DNA of 64,000 nt from Steroidobacteraceae bacterium (GCA_040902065.1 JBBDXX010000009.1:89224-153223); one strand, 5' to 3'; positions 22,603-32,022 are shown, counted from the first letter of the stretch. A program made the numbers and translations. Notes: a model not told the origin generated them from the sequence alone.

Positions 22603-23493
22603 ATGGCAAGTCCAGCGGAAATCCATGTCATCGCGGGCGCCGTGCGCGACGGACACGGCCGGGTGCTGATTGCCCAGCGGCCGCGCGGCCGGCACATGGC
22701 CGGACGCTGGGAATTCCCGGGCGGCAAGCTGGATACCGGCGAGGATTCTTTTGCCGGCCTCAAGCGCGAACTGGCCGAGGAACTCGGGATCGCCGTGCGC
22801 GAGGCACGCCCGCTGATCCGCCTGCGGTATGAATACCCGGACCGTCGCGTGATGCTGGAAGCCTGGCAGGTCACGGCCTACGAAGGCGTGCCAAAGGCGC
22901 TGGATTCCCAGGCGCTCGCCTGGGCCCGTCCGGATGAACTGCCCGCACATGACCTGCTCGAGGCGGACCGTGCCATCGTGACGGCGCTGCGCCTCCCGCG
23001 GCTTGCCCGGGTCGTGGCTACGCTCGCCCAGTTCCGTCTGCTGCGTGGCAGCGCCCCGCAGACGGTTTTCTGGCGCGAGACGCCGGCCGGCGAGCCGACG
23101 ATCGATCTGGACACGGTCATCAACGCACGCTCCGGGGGGCACCGCGTATTTTTGCTCGGCACGGACGTCGATTCCGTGCGTGCCGCGGCGCTCTCCGGTT
23201 GCGACGGCGCCGTGCTGCCGGAGCTGGGGCAGAGCCTGCATATCGACCGCGAAGGTTCCTTCCTGATCGGGGTGCTTTGCGGCGACGCCGAAGCCGCGCG
23301 CGAAGCACGCGCCGAAGGTGCGCATTTCCTGATCGTTGCGCCGAAGCAAGGGCCGATGCCGCTGGACGAACTGGAAAGGCTCTGCGAATACATCGGACTG
23401 CCGGTATTTGCCGGCTGGTATCCCGATGCACGTTGCCTCGAGCAACTGCACCACGCGGGCGCCCACGGCTGCGCCCTCTGGCGTAACCCTTGA
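22603..23493 (+). CDS. Nudix (MutT-like) hydrolase fused to a ThiE/TenI-like C-terminal domain
   Basis: Nudix box GGKLDTGEDSFAGLKRELAEELGI. A ~170-aa C-terminal extension matches the ~315-aa MutT-family fusion found after secA in Pseudomonas and Xanthomonas. ATG 22603 is preferred; GTG 22585 is possible. Confidence 0.8.
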   Translation: MASPAEIHVIAGAVRDGHGRVLIAQRPRGRHMAGRWEFPGGKLDTGEDSFAGLKRELAEELGIAVREARPLIRLRYEYPDRRVMLEAWQVTAYEGVPKALDSQALAWARPDELPAHDLLEADRAIVTALRLPRLARVVATLAQFRLLRGSAPQTVFWRETPAGEPTIDLDTVINARSGGHRVFLLGTDVDSVRAAALSGCDGAVLPELGQSLHIDREGSFLIGVLCGDAEAAREARAEGAHFLIVAPKQGPMPLDELERLCEYIGLPVFAGWYPDARCLEQLHHAGAHGCALWRNP

Positions 23494-23609
23494 AAGGGGT
23501 CGCATCCCTTTCTCAAAGGGGACGCATCCCTTTTCCAAGCGTATGCGTCAGGGTTCGACAGGTCGTGAAAAGGGATGCGTCCCCTTTGAGAAAGGGATGC
23601 GACCCCTTT
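23493..23609. repeat. Nested-palindrome repeat, family 1, copy 1
   Basis: Perfect 43-bp inverted repeat (23493-23535 / 23567-23609) around a 31-nt loop. Each arm is two ~19-nt units, AAAGGGGTCGCATCCCTTT and AAAGGGGACGCATCCCTTT, each a small hairpin in itself. It fills the gap between the convergent Nudix and DPP-IV genes. Confidence 0.9.
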
Positions 23610-23614
23610 TACAG

Positions 23615-25861
23615 TCAGAGATGCCGGTCGAAGAAGTCGAGGATGGTTTTCCAGCCGTGAATGCCGGTGTCGCGGAAGGTCAGCGCGCCATGCCGGCTGC
23701 CGGGATAGGGGACGACCTCGAACGGTTGCCCGCTGGCGACCAGCGCCGGGATCAATAGCGTCGTGTTCGTGAACAGCACGTTGTCGTCCGCCATGCCGTG
23801 CATGATCAGCAGCCGGTCGCGGATCTCACCGGCGTAAGTCAACACGTTCGAGAGGCGATAACCCTCGGGGTTCTCCTGCGGCGTGCCGAGATAGCGCTCC
23901 GTGTAATGCGTGTCATAGAGCCGATAGTCGGTCACCGGCGCGCCGGCGATGCCGGCCTTGAAGGTGCCCGGCGATTGTCCGAGCAACATGAGCGTCATGT
24001 AGCCGCCGTAGCTCCAGCCGTACACGCCGACGCGCGCCGGGTCCACGAACGGCTGTTCCTTGAGCCAGGCCACGCCCCGCAGCTGATCCTCGACTTCAAC
24101 GCCGCCGAGCCGCCGGTACAGTTTCTCGGTGAATTTTTGCCCGCGCCCGCCTGAGCCGCGGTTGTCGATCGCAAATACGACATAACCGCGCTGTGTCAGC
24201 AGCTGCGCGGTCTGGCTGCCGCGACGCTCGCCCCAGCGGCGCATAACCGTCTGGACCGTCGGACCGCCGTACACGAGCAGCACGGCCGGATAGCGCTTGC
24301 CGGGCTCGAAGCCGGCCGGCTTGTGCAGCTGCCAGTACAGCGGCGTACCGTCGGCGGCCGGCAGGGTGCCGTATTCGGGCAGCACGTGCCGGTCGAGATA
24401 GGGCGCATACGGATGCGTCCCGTCCATCCGGTTCTCGACCAGCCAGGCGAGTCGCCTGCCGCCCGCACCGTGCAGGGAAATGCGCGGCGGCTGCGCGGGA
24501 TCGCTGTAGCCGAGCAGGAAACGGCGGGCATCGCGCGTCATCGTGACGTTGTTCCAGCCGTCGCCACTCGTCAGTGCGACCGGCGGGGTGCCCGGGCCGT
24601 CGTCGAGATCGGCGACGTAGAGCTGCCTCTCGAGCGGCGATTTGAGCGTCGCCATGAAGTAAACGCGACCGCGCCGCTCGTCGATGCCGCGCACGGCCGG
24701 AGCCTGCAGTTCGCCGATCACGTCCCAGTCGCCCGCGGTGACCGGCCCGATCAGCAGGCCGCTGTAATCGTAGCGATAGATGTGATTGTGGCCGCTGCGC
24801 TCCGAGGTCCACAGCAGCTCGCGCCGTTCCGGCAGGAAATACAGGTCGTCGTGCAGCGCCACCCAGGTCTCGCTGCGCTCGGAGAACATCTGCCGGCCGT
24901 CGCCGCCGGTGACGGGGTACGACAGCACGTCGAGGCGTTTCTGGTCGCGCGACTGGCGCTGCACCAGCAGGCGGTTGCTCTCCGGGAACCAGTCGACGCG
25001 CGCGAGGTAATAATCCTTGCTGCCAAGATCCGCCCAGGCGATCTCGCCCGTCTCGAGCGCCAGAATCGCAAGCTTGACCTCGGCGTTCGCATGACCCGTC
25101 GCCGGATAGCGCTGCTTGAAGACACGCACCCCATCGGCACCGATCTCGAAGCGCTCGACCTCGGCGACCGGCGATTCATCCACGCGCGTGTACGCAATGT
25201 GGCGCTCGTCGGGCGACCACCAGTAACCGGTGTCGCGGTTCATCTCCTCCTGGGCGATGAATTCGGCCATGCCATGGCTCACGAGACCGCCGCCGCTGGT
25301 CGTCAGGCGTCGCTCGACGCCGGTCGCGACTTCGACGGCGTACAGGTCCCGGTCCCGGATGAAGCTGACAAACCGTCCCTGCGGCGAGAATTGCGAGTCG
25401 GTCTCGTATGCCTCGGTCGCCGTCAGGCGCCGAACGGCAGCGCTGGCCGATTTCGACAGTTCGTAGTGATACAGGTCGCCACCGAGCGGAAACAGCAGCG
25501 ACCGCGAATCGGGCGCCCACTCATACTCGACGATGCCGCGCAATGCCGCGATGCGCTGCCTTTCGCGGCGCGCTTCCTCCTCGGCCGACAGCGTTTCCTC
25601 CGCCGGCGACAGCAGCCGCGAATCGACCAGCATCCGGTGCGTCTTCGCTGCGATGTCATAAGCCCACAGATCGAATTCGGTGGGCGCGTCGTCGCGCGCG
25701 CGCAGATAGCTCACGAGCCGGCCATCCGGCGAGAACCGTGTCTGGCGCAGCGACGGGCCCTGCAGATCCGGCGCATCGAACAGCCGTTCGATCGTCAGGT
25801 CCTTTGCCGAGGCAGGCCCGAGCACCAGGCTGGCCGTGAAACCGATCACGAATGAACGCAT
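23615..25861 (-). CDS. Dipeptidyl-peptidase IV-type serine peptidase (S9B), secreted
   Basis: Start at ATG 25861 gives the signal peptide MRSFVIGFTASLVLGPASA. There is a DPPIV N-terminal beta-propeller region and a C-terminal S9 catalytic domain with GWSYGG (VYGWSYGGYMTL). Confidence 0.9.
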   Translation of the reverse strand: MRSFVIGFTASLVLGPASAKDLTIERLFDAPDLQGPSLRQTRFSPDGRLVSYLRARDDAPTEFDLWAYDIAAKTHRMLVDSRLLSPAEETLSAEEEARRERQRIAALRGIVEYEWAPDSRSLLFPLGGDLYHYELSKSASAAVRRLTATEAYETDSQFSPQGRFVSFIRDRDLYAVEVATGVERRLTTSGGGLVSHGMAEFIAQEEMNRDTGYWWSPDERHIAYTRVDESPVAEVERFEIGADGVRVFKQRYPATGHANAEVKLAILALETGEIAWADLGSKDYYLARVDWFPESNRLLVQRQSRDQKRLDVLSYPVTGGDGRQMFSERSETWVALHDDLYFLPERRELLWTSERSGHNHIYRYDYSGLLIGPVTAGDWDVIGELQAPAVRGIDERRGRVYFMATLKSPLERQLYVADLDDGPGTPPVALTSGDGWNNVTMTRDARRFLLGYSDPAQPPRISLHGAGGRRLAWLVENRMDGTHPYAPYLDRHVLPEYGTLPAADGTPLYWQLHKPAGFEPGKRYPAVLLVYGGPTVQTVMRRWGERRGSQTAQLLTQRGYVVFAIDNRGSGGRGQKFTEKLYRRLGGVEVEDQLRGVAWLKEQPFVDPARVGVYGWSYGGYMTLMLLGQSPGTFKAGIAGAPVTDYRLYDTHYTERYLGTPQENPEGYRLSNVLTYAGEIRDRLLIMHGMADDNVLFTNTTLLIPALVASGQPFEVVPYPGSRHGALTFRDTGIHGWKTILDFFDRHL

Positions 25862-25949
25862 CTTTACTCCGTCCTGTCGCAGGGGGCACCGGTCCGCACG
25901 GTGCGGTTTGCTAAACTGCCAGCCAGAATCCATCCGGAGTGTAAGCACG

Positions 25950-28106
25950 GTGTACCGTCATGTCATTTACGGCTTTGCAATACTCGCGCTCATCGCGGGA
26001 CCAGGCGTGAGCCTGGCCGACGATTCCACCGGATCCATCGTCCTGCGTTATCCGGCAACCGAACGCGGTTCGGTTGTCGACACGCTGCACGGCACTGAGG
26101 TCGCCGATCCGTATCGCTGGATGGAAACCACGTCCCCCGAACTCGGCAAGTGGATCGCCGCTCAGAACGAACTGGCGCAGCCCTATCTCGATGCGATTCC
26201 GGCCCGCGAGACGATCCGCGAGCGGCTGAGCGCGCTCTGGGATTACGAGCAGTATGGCTACAGCTGGATGGATGACAAGTCGCGCATGCCGGTCAAGCGC
26301 GGCGGACGCATTTTCTTCGTCGAGAAAAGCGGCAAGCAGAACCAGGGGATCCTGTACTGGACCGGCCCCGATGGCGGCGCAGCGCGCGTGCTGGTCGATC
26401 CGAATGCGCTGTCAGCGGACGGCACGGCTTCGCTCGCCGATTATTCGATCAGCCTGGACGGGCGCTATGTCGCCTACGCGGTCTCCGACGGTGGCACCGA
26501 CTGGGATACCTGGCGCGTGCGCGAGGTCGACACTGGCAAAGACCTGCCGGAGGTGATCGGCGATACCAAGTTCACCGGCGTTTCGTGGCTGCCGGACTCG
26601 AGTGCGTTCTATTACTCGCGCTACCCGAAGGGCGCGGACGGCAAGAGCGACGACCAGCAGCAGGTCAGTGTCTACCGCCATCGGCTCGGCACACTACAGT
26701 CGGCCGATGAGCACGTCTATTCGATCATCGACAACGACCGGCACAACCCGTACGCGACCGTCTCCGAGGACGGCCGCTGGCTGGTGCTTGGGATATTTCA
26801 CGGGTTCGACAAGAACGCGATTCACATACGCGACCTGTCCAGGCCCGATGCCCCGGTCGTGCGACTGTTCGACAAATGGGACGGCCTGTACGATTTCCTG
26901 GGCGCGATGGACGATCGCCTGTATTTCAAGACGACGCAGGGGGCTTCGCGCGGACGCGTGATCGCGATCGATCCGGCATCGCCGGCGCTGGTCGAGATCG
27001 TGCCCGAAGCGGAAGCCACGCTCTACCAGGCGAGCCTGGTCGGCGGACACGTGATCGCGAGCTACCTCGAGGATGCGCGCTCGCGGGTCGTCGTGCACCG
27101 CAAGGATGGCAGCCGCCGCGGCGACATCCGCCTGCCGGGCAGCGGCACCGTGATCGGATTTCCGGATTCGGTGAAGCAGAACGAAACCTTCTTCGCCTAC
27201 ACGGATTACCTGACGCCGCTTGCGCTGTATCGCTATGACGTCCTGAAGGACGAGGTGCGGCCCTACCGCAAGCCAACCGTCAGCTTCGATCCCGCCCCCT
27301 ACGTCACCGAGCAGGTGTTCTACGAGAGCAAGGACGGCACGCGCGTGCCCATGTTCATCACCCGGCGTCGCGATGCAGCACTTGACGGCACGAATCCGAC
27401 GCTGCTCTACGGCTATGGCGGCTTCGACGTTTCTCTGACGCCGTCCTTCAGTGCGGCGGTTGCGGCCTGGCTCGAGCGGGGCGGCATTTACGCGGTCGCC
27501 AACCTGCGTGGCGGTGGCGAATACGGCGCCGAGTGGCATGACGCCGGCACGAAGACGCACAGGCAGAACGTGTTCGACGATTTCATCGCGGCCGCCGAAT
27601 GGCTGATCGCGAAGCGATACACGTCGCCCGCAAAGCTCGCGATCCACGGCCGGAGCAATGGCGGCCTGCTGGTGGGTGCCGTGATGTCGCAGCGGCCGGA
27701 GCTGTTCGGCGCCGCGCTGCCCGGGGTCGGCGTCATGGACATGCTGCGCTATCACCTGGCGAGCGCGAATGCCTACGCCTGGTCGAGCGATTACGGAACC
27801 GTCGAGGACGCGGATCAGTTCCGCGCTCTCGCGGCGTACTCTCCGGTGCACAATCTGAAGCCGGGGCGCTGCTATCCGCCGACGCTCGTGACGACCGCGG
27901 ACCACGACGACCGGGTCGTGCCCTGGCACAGCTTCAAGTTCGCGGCGGCGCTGCAGCATGCACAGGCCTGCGCGAATCCGGTGATCGTCCGCATCGAAAC
28001 CCGCGCGGGGCACGGCGCCGGGAAGCCGCAGTGGATGCTGATCGAGGACTGGGCCAACCACTGGGCGTTCCTCGCCAGGCACCTCGAAATGCCGGGCGGC
28101 CGCTAA
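25950..28106 (+). CDS. Prolyl oligopeptidase-family serine peptidase (S9A), secreted
   Basis: GTG 25950 gives a signal-like N-terminus (YRHVIYGFAILALIAGPGVSLA); the 25836 start would overlap the divergent gene. Motifs: VADPYRWME, catalytic GRSNGGLLVG, and C-terminal DDRVVPWHSFKF ... RAGHGAG. Confidence 0.9.
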   Translation: MYRHVIYGFAILALIAGPGVSLADDSTGSIVLRYPATERGSVVDTLHGTEVADPYRWMETTSPELGKWIAAQNELAQPYLDAIPARETIRERLSALWDYEQYGYSWMDDKSRMPVKRGGRIFFVEKSGKQNQGILYWTGPDGGAARVLVDPNALSADGTASLADYSISLDGRYVAYAVSDGGTDWDTWRVREVDTGKDLPEVIGDTKFTGVSWLPDSSAFYYSRYPKGADGKSDDQQQVSVYRHRLGTLQSADEHVYSIIDNDRHNPYATVSEDGRWLVLGIFHGFDKNAIHIRDLSRPDAPVVRLFDKWDGLYDFLGAMDDRLYFKTTQGASRGRVIAIDPASPALVEIVPEAEATLYQASLVGGHVIASYLEDARSRVVVHRKDGSRRGDIRLPGSGTVIGFPDSVKQNETFFAYTDYLTPLALYRYDVLKDEVRPYRKPTVSFDPAPYVTEQVFYESKDGTRVPMFITRRRDAALDGTNPTLLYGYGGFDVSLTPSFSAAVAAWLERGGIYAVANLRGGGEYGAEWHDAGTKTHRQNVFDDFIAAAEWLIAKRYTSPAKLAIHGRSNGGLLVGAVMSQRPELFGAALPGVGVMDMLRYHLASANAYAWSSDYGTVEDADQFRALAAYSPVHNLKPGRCYPPTLVTTADHDDRVVPWHSFKFAAALQHAQACANPVIVRIETRAGHGAGKPQWMLIEDWANHWAFLARHLEMPGGR

Positions 28107-28189
28107 ACGCGCCAAAGGGCGCCAAAGGGGACGCAACCCTTTAAAAGGGGTTTCAAAGGGTTGCGTCCCCTTTGGCGCCTTTGGCGCGT
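28107..28189. repeat. Nested-palindrome repeat, family 1, copy 2 (variant outer units)
   Basis: Imperfect ~37-bp inverted repeat: ACGCGCCAAAGGGCGCCAAAGGGGACGCAACCCTTTAA ... TCAAAGGGTTGCGTCCCCTTTGGCGCCTTTGGCGCGT. The inner unit AAAGGGGACGCAACCCTTT is identical to the one in copy 4. It lies between the convergent prolyl oligopeptidase and yacG genes. Confidence 0.85.
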
Positions 28190-28190
28190 C

Positions 28191-28370
28191 TCAGTGCTTC
28201 GGGTCTTCGGCGTCGGGGAGTTCGACGTCGTCACCCGGGATGGCGTGCTTTTCCTTGAGCCAGGCGCCCAGATCGATCAGCTTGCAGCGCTCGCTGCAGA
28301 ACGGGCGGAACGGGTTGCCGTGCCATGCGTGCAGCCGGCGGCAATAGGGACAGGCGACTTCCTGCGCCAT
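28191..28370 (-). CDS. yacG: DNA gyrase inhibitor YacG (zinc finger)
   Basis: 59 aa: [38 protein letters not shown]. This carries the CPxC...FCSxRC zinc-ribbon signature. The longer 152-aa ORF-track version runs into zapD out of frame. Confidence 0.9.
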   Translation of the reverse strand: MAQEVACPYCRRLHAWHGNPFRPFCSERCKLIDLGAWLKEKHAIPGDDVELPDAEDPKH

Positions 28371-28375
28371 CGGAC

Positions 28376-29173
28376 TCAGGCGCAGGTGGCGAGCACGAAC
28401 GACACGTCTTCGGTCGCCTGAACCGGTCGGCTGTGCACGCTGTTCCAGCGCAGGAAGCGCAATGAACAGCGGTGGTGGCTGCCGCTGACTTCCGGATAGA
28501 GCCTGGTCGAGCCCGCGAGCGAGATACGCAGGAGCTGCACCGGACGATCGCGCTCGAATACGATCTGGAACACGCCGCCTGGCGCGGTCTCTTCGCGCGG
28601 CCGCGCATTCTCGCGTGTAATCCACAGCAGTTCGGAGACCGACTCGCACAGCGGACGGATCGTCGCGAGCCAGGACGCAAGGTCCGCCTCGCGCGCGTCC
28701 GAGTCGAGATTGAGCCAGTGGAAGAAATCGGGCAGGTCGAACTCGCAGGTGCCGCCCGGGATCGCGCTCCGGTGCTTGATCGCGTTCAGGAATTCGGATT
28801 CGCGCAGCTTCTGCAGGAAGTTCGCGCCTGCCGCGTTCAGCTCCTCGCGCCGGCGCAGCAGCGCGGACAACACGTTACGCAGCCGCGCGCCGTCCACGCC
28901 CGGGCGGTTCTGGTAATCGCGCAGGATCGTCATCTGGCGCTCGAGTTCCTTCAGCACGTCGCCACGGGCATCGCCGCGCGCGGTAATCGCCAGGATCTCG
29001 AGCAGGGAGCCGACTGCCGAGCGACTGGACCAGGCATTCGGCAATCCGGCGTGGTACGAGAGCTGCTGCCACAGGAATTCGAGGCGCATGAAGCCGCGCA
29101 TCCGCTCATTGAGCGGCTGCTCGTAGACGATCAGCTCGGCTTCGATCCGGGGTTCCTGCGCGGGCTCGAACAT
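28376..29173 (-). CDS. zapD: Cell division protein ZapD (YacF)
   Basis: Start at ATG 29173 ([34 protein letters not shown]...). ZapD family by sequence pattern and by the coaE-zapD-yacG synteny. Confidence 0.88.
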   Translation of the reverse strand: MFEPAQEPRIEAELIVYEQPLNERMRGFMRLEFLWQQLSYHAGLPNAWSSRSAVGSLLEILAITARGDARGDVLKELERQMTILRDYQNRPGVDGARLRNVLSALLRRREELNAAGANFLQKLRESEFLNAIKHRSAIPGGTCEFDLPDFFHWLNLDSDAREADLASWLATIRPLCESVSELLWITRENARPREETAPGGVFQIVFERDRPVQLLRISLAGSTRLYPEVSGSHHRCSLRFLRWNSVHSRPVQATEDVSFVLATCA

Positions 29174-29251
29174 ACCCCTATTCTGCGGCACGGCTTCCGG
29201 CTCCGTAAACCCGGCGGGTTGTGACGACGGCCACGGAGTCACCACAAAACC

Positions 29252-29851
29252 TCAGTGCTTCCCGGCCAGATCGCGGTATTTGCGGTCGAGATCGGCAACC
29301 CGGGCCGCGAGGTCCGCAATGGTGCCGTCGTTGACGATGACGTCATCCGCCACTGCCAGGCGCGTCTTGCGAGAAACCTGCGCAGCCAGCATGGCGCCCG
29401 CGCCTTGCCGCGTCTCGCCGTCGCGCTGCATCAGGCGTTCGATCTGCCGCTCGACCGGGCAATCGACCACGAGCACGCGATCGACCATGCCAGTGAGATC
29501 GCTCTCGACGAGCAGCGGTATCACGAGCAACTGGTAGGGCCCTCCCGCCTGCGCGGACTGCTGGCCGAGCTCCGCGAGAATCGCCGGGTGCAGGATCGAT
29601 TCAACGCGCCGGCGCAGCGCTTCGTCGCCGAACAGCCGCTGCCGCAACAGCGCGCGATCGAGGCGGCCATCCGTGCCGAGAATGTCGTCACTGAGCGCCT
29701 CAACGAGCGCGATAAACGCGGGCTCGCCGGGCTCGACGACTTCGCGCGCGATCGCATCGGTATCGAGCACCACCGCGCTGGCGTCCGCGAACAGGTTCGC
29801 TACGGTCGTCTTGCCGCTGGCGACGCCGCCGGTAAGTCCGATGCGCAGCAT
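29252..29851 (-). CDS. coaE: Dephospho-CoA kinase
   Basis: 199 aa with P-loop IGLTGGVASGKTTV, in the position after pilD as in Pseudomonas. Confidence 0.93.
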   Translation of the reverse strand: MLRIGLTGGVASGKTTVANLFADASAVVLDTDAIAREVVEPGEPAFIALVEALSDDILGTDGRLDRALLRQRLFGDEALRRRVESILHPAILAELGQQSAQAGGPYQLLVIPLLVESDLTGMVDRVLVVDCPVERQIERLMQRDGETRQGAGAMLAAQVSRKTRLAVADDVIVNDGTIADLAARVADLDRKYRDLAGKH

Positions 29852-29855
29852 CGGA

Positions 29856-30740
29856 TCAACGCAGGCCCGCGATCACGAGATACCGATCGACGATCTGCGG
29901 TCCCCAGAGCATCGCGACCCAGCCGGCGCCGGCGAGATAAGGGCCGAAGGGAATCGGCACGCCGCGCCCATGGCGGCGCAGCGCGATCAGCAGCACGCCG
30001 ACCACGGCGCCAACCACGGCGGAGAGCAGCAGGACCAGCGGCAGCATCTGCCAGCCGAGCCAGGCTCCGATCGCGCCGAACAGCTTGAAGTCCCCGTAGC
30101 CCATGCCTTCCTTGCCGGTGATCAGCCGGAACAGCTGGAACACCAGCCACAGGAACACGTAGCCGGCTGCCGCGCCCGCGATCGCGTCCACGGGGCCGAC
30201 GGAAGGCGCGACGCCCGACTCTGCGCCGGGCCACAGGCTCGCCAGCAGGCCGATCCACAGGAGCGGCAGCGTCAGCACGTCCGGCAGGAGCTGGCGGTCC
30301 ACGTCGATGCCGGTGAGCGCGATCAGGTAGGCCGTGAATACGAGTCCGAGGGCAGCCTGCAGGCCAAAGCCGAAATGCCAGGCGACCATGGCAAAGGCGA
30401 CGCCGGTCGCGAGCTCCACCAGGGGGTAGCGCGCCTTGATCGGTGCCCGGCAGGCGGCGCAGCGGCCGCGCAGCACGAGCCAGGAAACCAGCGGCACGTT
30501 GTGAATCGCGCGAATCGGGGCGTTGCAGGCCGGGCAGCGGGAACGCGGCTTGACGAGGTTATACGGCTCGCCGGGCGCCGGGGCAGGGCGGCCCTCGGAT
30601 TCGGCCGCCTGGGTGCGCCACTGCCGCTCCAGCATGAGCGGCAGGCGGTGAATCACGACGTTCAGGAAGCTGCCGACGAGGAGGCCGAAGAGCGCCGCCA
30701 CGGCGGCAAAGACCCCCGGATGGGCCGCCAGCAGCGACAC
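29856..30740 (-). CDS. pilD: Prepilin leader peptidase / N-methyltransferase PilD (A24)
   Basis: 294-aa polytopic protein. N-terminal GLLVGSFLNVVIHRLP, a Cys pair region CPACNAP...RGRCAACR, and catalytic-Asp contexts GIDVDRQLLPD and GYGDFKLFGAIG. Confidence 0.93.
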   Translation of the reverse strand: MSLLAAHPGVFAAVAALFGLLVGSFLNVVIHRLPLMLERQWRTQAAESEGRPAPAPGEPYNLVKPRSRCPACNAPIRAIHNVPLVSWLVLRGRCAACRAPIKARYPLVELATGVAFAMVAWHFGFGLQAALGLVFTAYLIALTGIDVDRQLLPDVLTLPLLWIGLLASLWPGAESGVAPSVGPVDAIAGAAAGYVFLWLVFQLFRLITGKEGMGYGDFKLFGAIGAWLGWQMLPLVLLLSAVVGAVVGVLLIALRRHGRGVPIPFGPYLAGAGWVAMLWGPQIVDRYLVIAGLR

Positions 30741-30754
30741 GGGCGCGGACTCGA

Positions 30755-31972
30755 TCAGATCACGGCGCCCAGCTTGAAGATCGGCAGGTACATGGCGATG
30801 ACGAGGCCGCCGACCAGCACGCCGAGGATCGCCATGATCAGCGGTTCGAGCAGCGACGACAGGCCGTCAACCGCGGAATCCACTTCGAGTTCATAGAATT
30901 CCGCGACTTTCGCGGACATTGAGTCGAGCGAGCCCGATTCCTCGCCGACCGCGATCATCTGGACGACCATGTTCGGGAAGAGGGCGGTATTTTCCATCGC
31001 GCGCTGCAGGCGCTGACCGGTCGCGACTTCGTCGCGCATGCGCATCACGGCGTTTTCGTAAACGATATTGCCGGTCGCACCCGCGACCGATTCCATCGCC
31101 TCGACCAGCGGCACGCCGGCCGCGAACATCGTCGAGAGCGTGCGGGCGAATCGCGCGATCGCGGCTTTCGTCAGGATCGGTCCAATGACTGGAATCTTGA
31201 GCGACAGGCGGTCCAGGAACTGGCGAAGCGCGCGCGAGCGCTTCTTGAAATAGAAAAAGATGAAGAACGCGCCGCCGGTGAGCAGGCCCAACCACCAACC
31301 CTGCGTCTGCACGAACTTCGACAGGTCAATGACCATGCGCGTGAATGCAGGCAGGTCCGCGCCGAAACCCTGAAACAGCGCCTCGAACTGCGGGATGACG
31401 AACAGCAGCAGGATCAGTGTCACGATCACGGCGACCGCGAGCACCGCGGTCGGGTAAAAAAGTGCCTTCTTGATCTTCTTCTTGAGGGCCTCGGTCTTTT
31501 CCTTGTAGGTCGCGACCTTGTCGAGCAGGGACTCGAGCGCGCCCGCCTGTTCGCCGGCCTCGACCAGGTTGACGTACAGGTCGTCGAAATAGAGTGGGTG
31601 CTTGGCCAGCGATTCGTGCAGCGAGCTGCCGCCCTCGACGGACACCTTGATGTCCAGGATCAGCTTCTGCATCGCCGGCTTTTCATGGCCGACGCCGACG
31701 ATTTCGAAGGCCTGCACCAGCGGGATGCCCGCCGCCAGCATGGTTGCCAGCTGGCGGCTGAACACCGCGATGTCCATCGGGTTGATCTTGCCGCCCGCGC
31801 TGAACAGGCTGTGCTGCTTGCGGATCCGGGTCGCGACAATGCTTTGCCGCCGCAGATCGGCCCGCACGGCCTTTTCGTCGACGGCCAGAATCCGCCCGCG
31901 GACCTTGTTGCCCTTGCGGTCCTTGCCCTCCCAGGTATAGGGAATGTCTTTCGGTACGGCAATGCTCGCCAT
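30755..31972 (-). CDS. pilC: Type IV pilus platform protein PilC (GspF family)
   Basis: 405 aa with duplicated GspF domains, three TM segments, and C-terminal PLIMAILGVLVGGLVIAMYLPIFKLG. Confidence 0.95.
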   Translation of the reverse strand: MASIAVPKDIPYTWEGKDRKGNKVRGRILAVDEKAVRADLRRQSIVATRIRKQHSLFSAGGKINPMDIAVFSRQLATMLAAGIPLVQAFEIVGVGHEKPAMQKLILDIKVSVEGGSSLHESLAKHPLYFDDLYVNLVEAGEQAGALESLLDKVATYKEKTEALKKKIKKALFYPTAVLAVAVIVTLILLLFVIPQFEALFQGFGADLPAFTRMVIDLSKFVQTQGWWLGLLTGGAFFIFFYFKKRSRALRQFLDRLSLKIPVIGPILTKAAIARFARTLSTMFAAGVPLVEAMESVAGATGNIVYENAVMRMRDEVATGQRLQRAMENTALFPNMVVQMIAVGEESGSLDSMSAKVAEFYELEVDSAVDGLSSLLEPLIMAILGVLVGGLVIAMYLPIFKLGAVI

Positions 31973-32022
31973 GGTTTCGGTCGTCCTCTACCCTGAGTTC
32001 CGGATGTTAACGTCCGGTCCGG

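Noticed and set aside
23493-23609. Whether the short repeated AAAGGGG[T/A]CGCA[T/A]CCCTTT units are a CRISPR array.
   Set aside because: Units occur in inverted rather than direct orientation. Each site has only 2-4 units with no regularly sized unique spacers, no leader and no cas genes. The architecture is REP/BIME- or MITE-like.
23336-23758. A 140-aa ORF containing repeated KGxxPF peptides, with similar small ORFs at 41720..42106(-), 43411..43704 and 43714..43923.
   Set aside because: The peptide repeats are just translations of family 1 DNA units. The ORFs overlap real convergent gene ends and intergenic palindromes.
25836-25949. The ATG 25836 start for the prolyl oligopeptidase gene.
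   Set aside because: It would overlap the 5' end of the divergent DPP-IV gene and add a Cys/Arg-rich non-signal N-terminus. GTG 25950 yields a typical signal peptide. This remains uncertain without experimental data.
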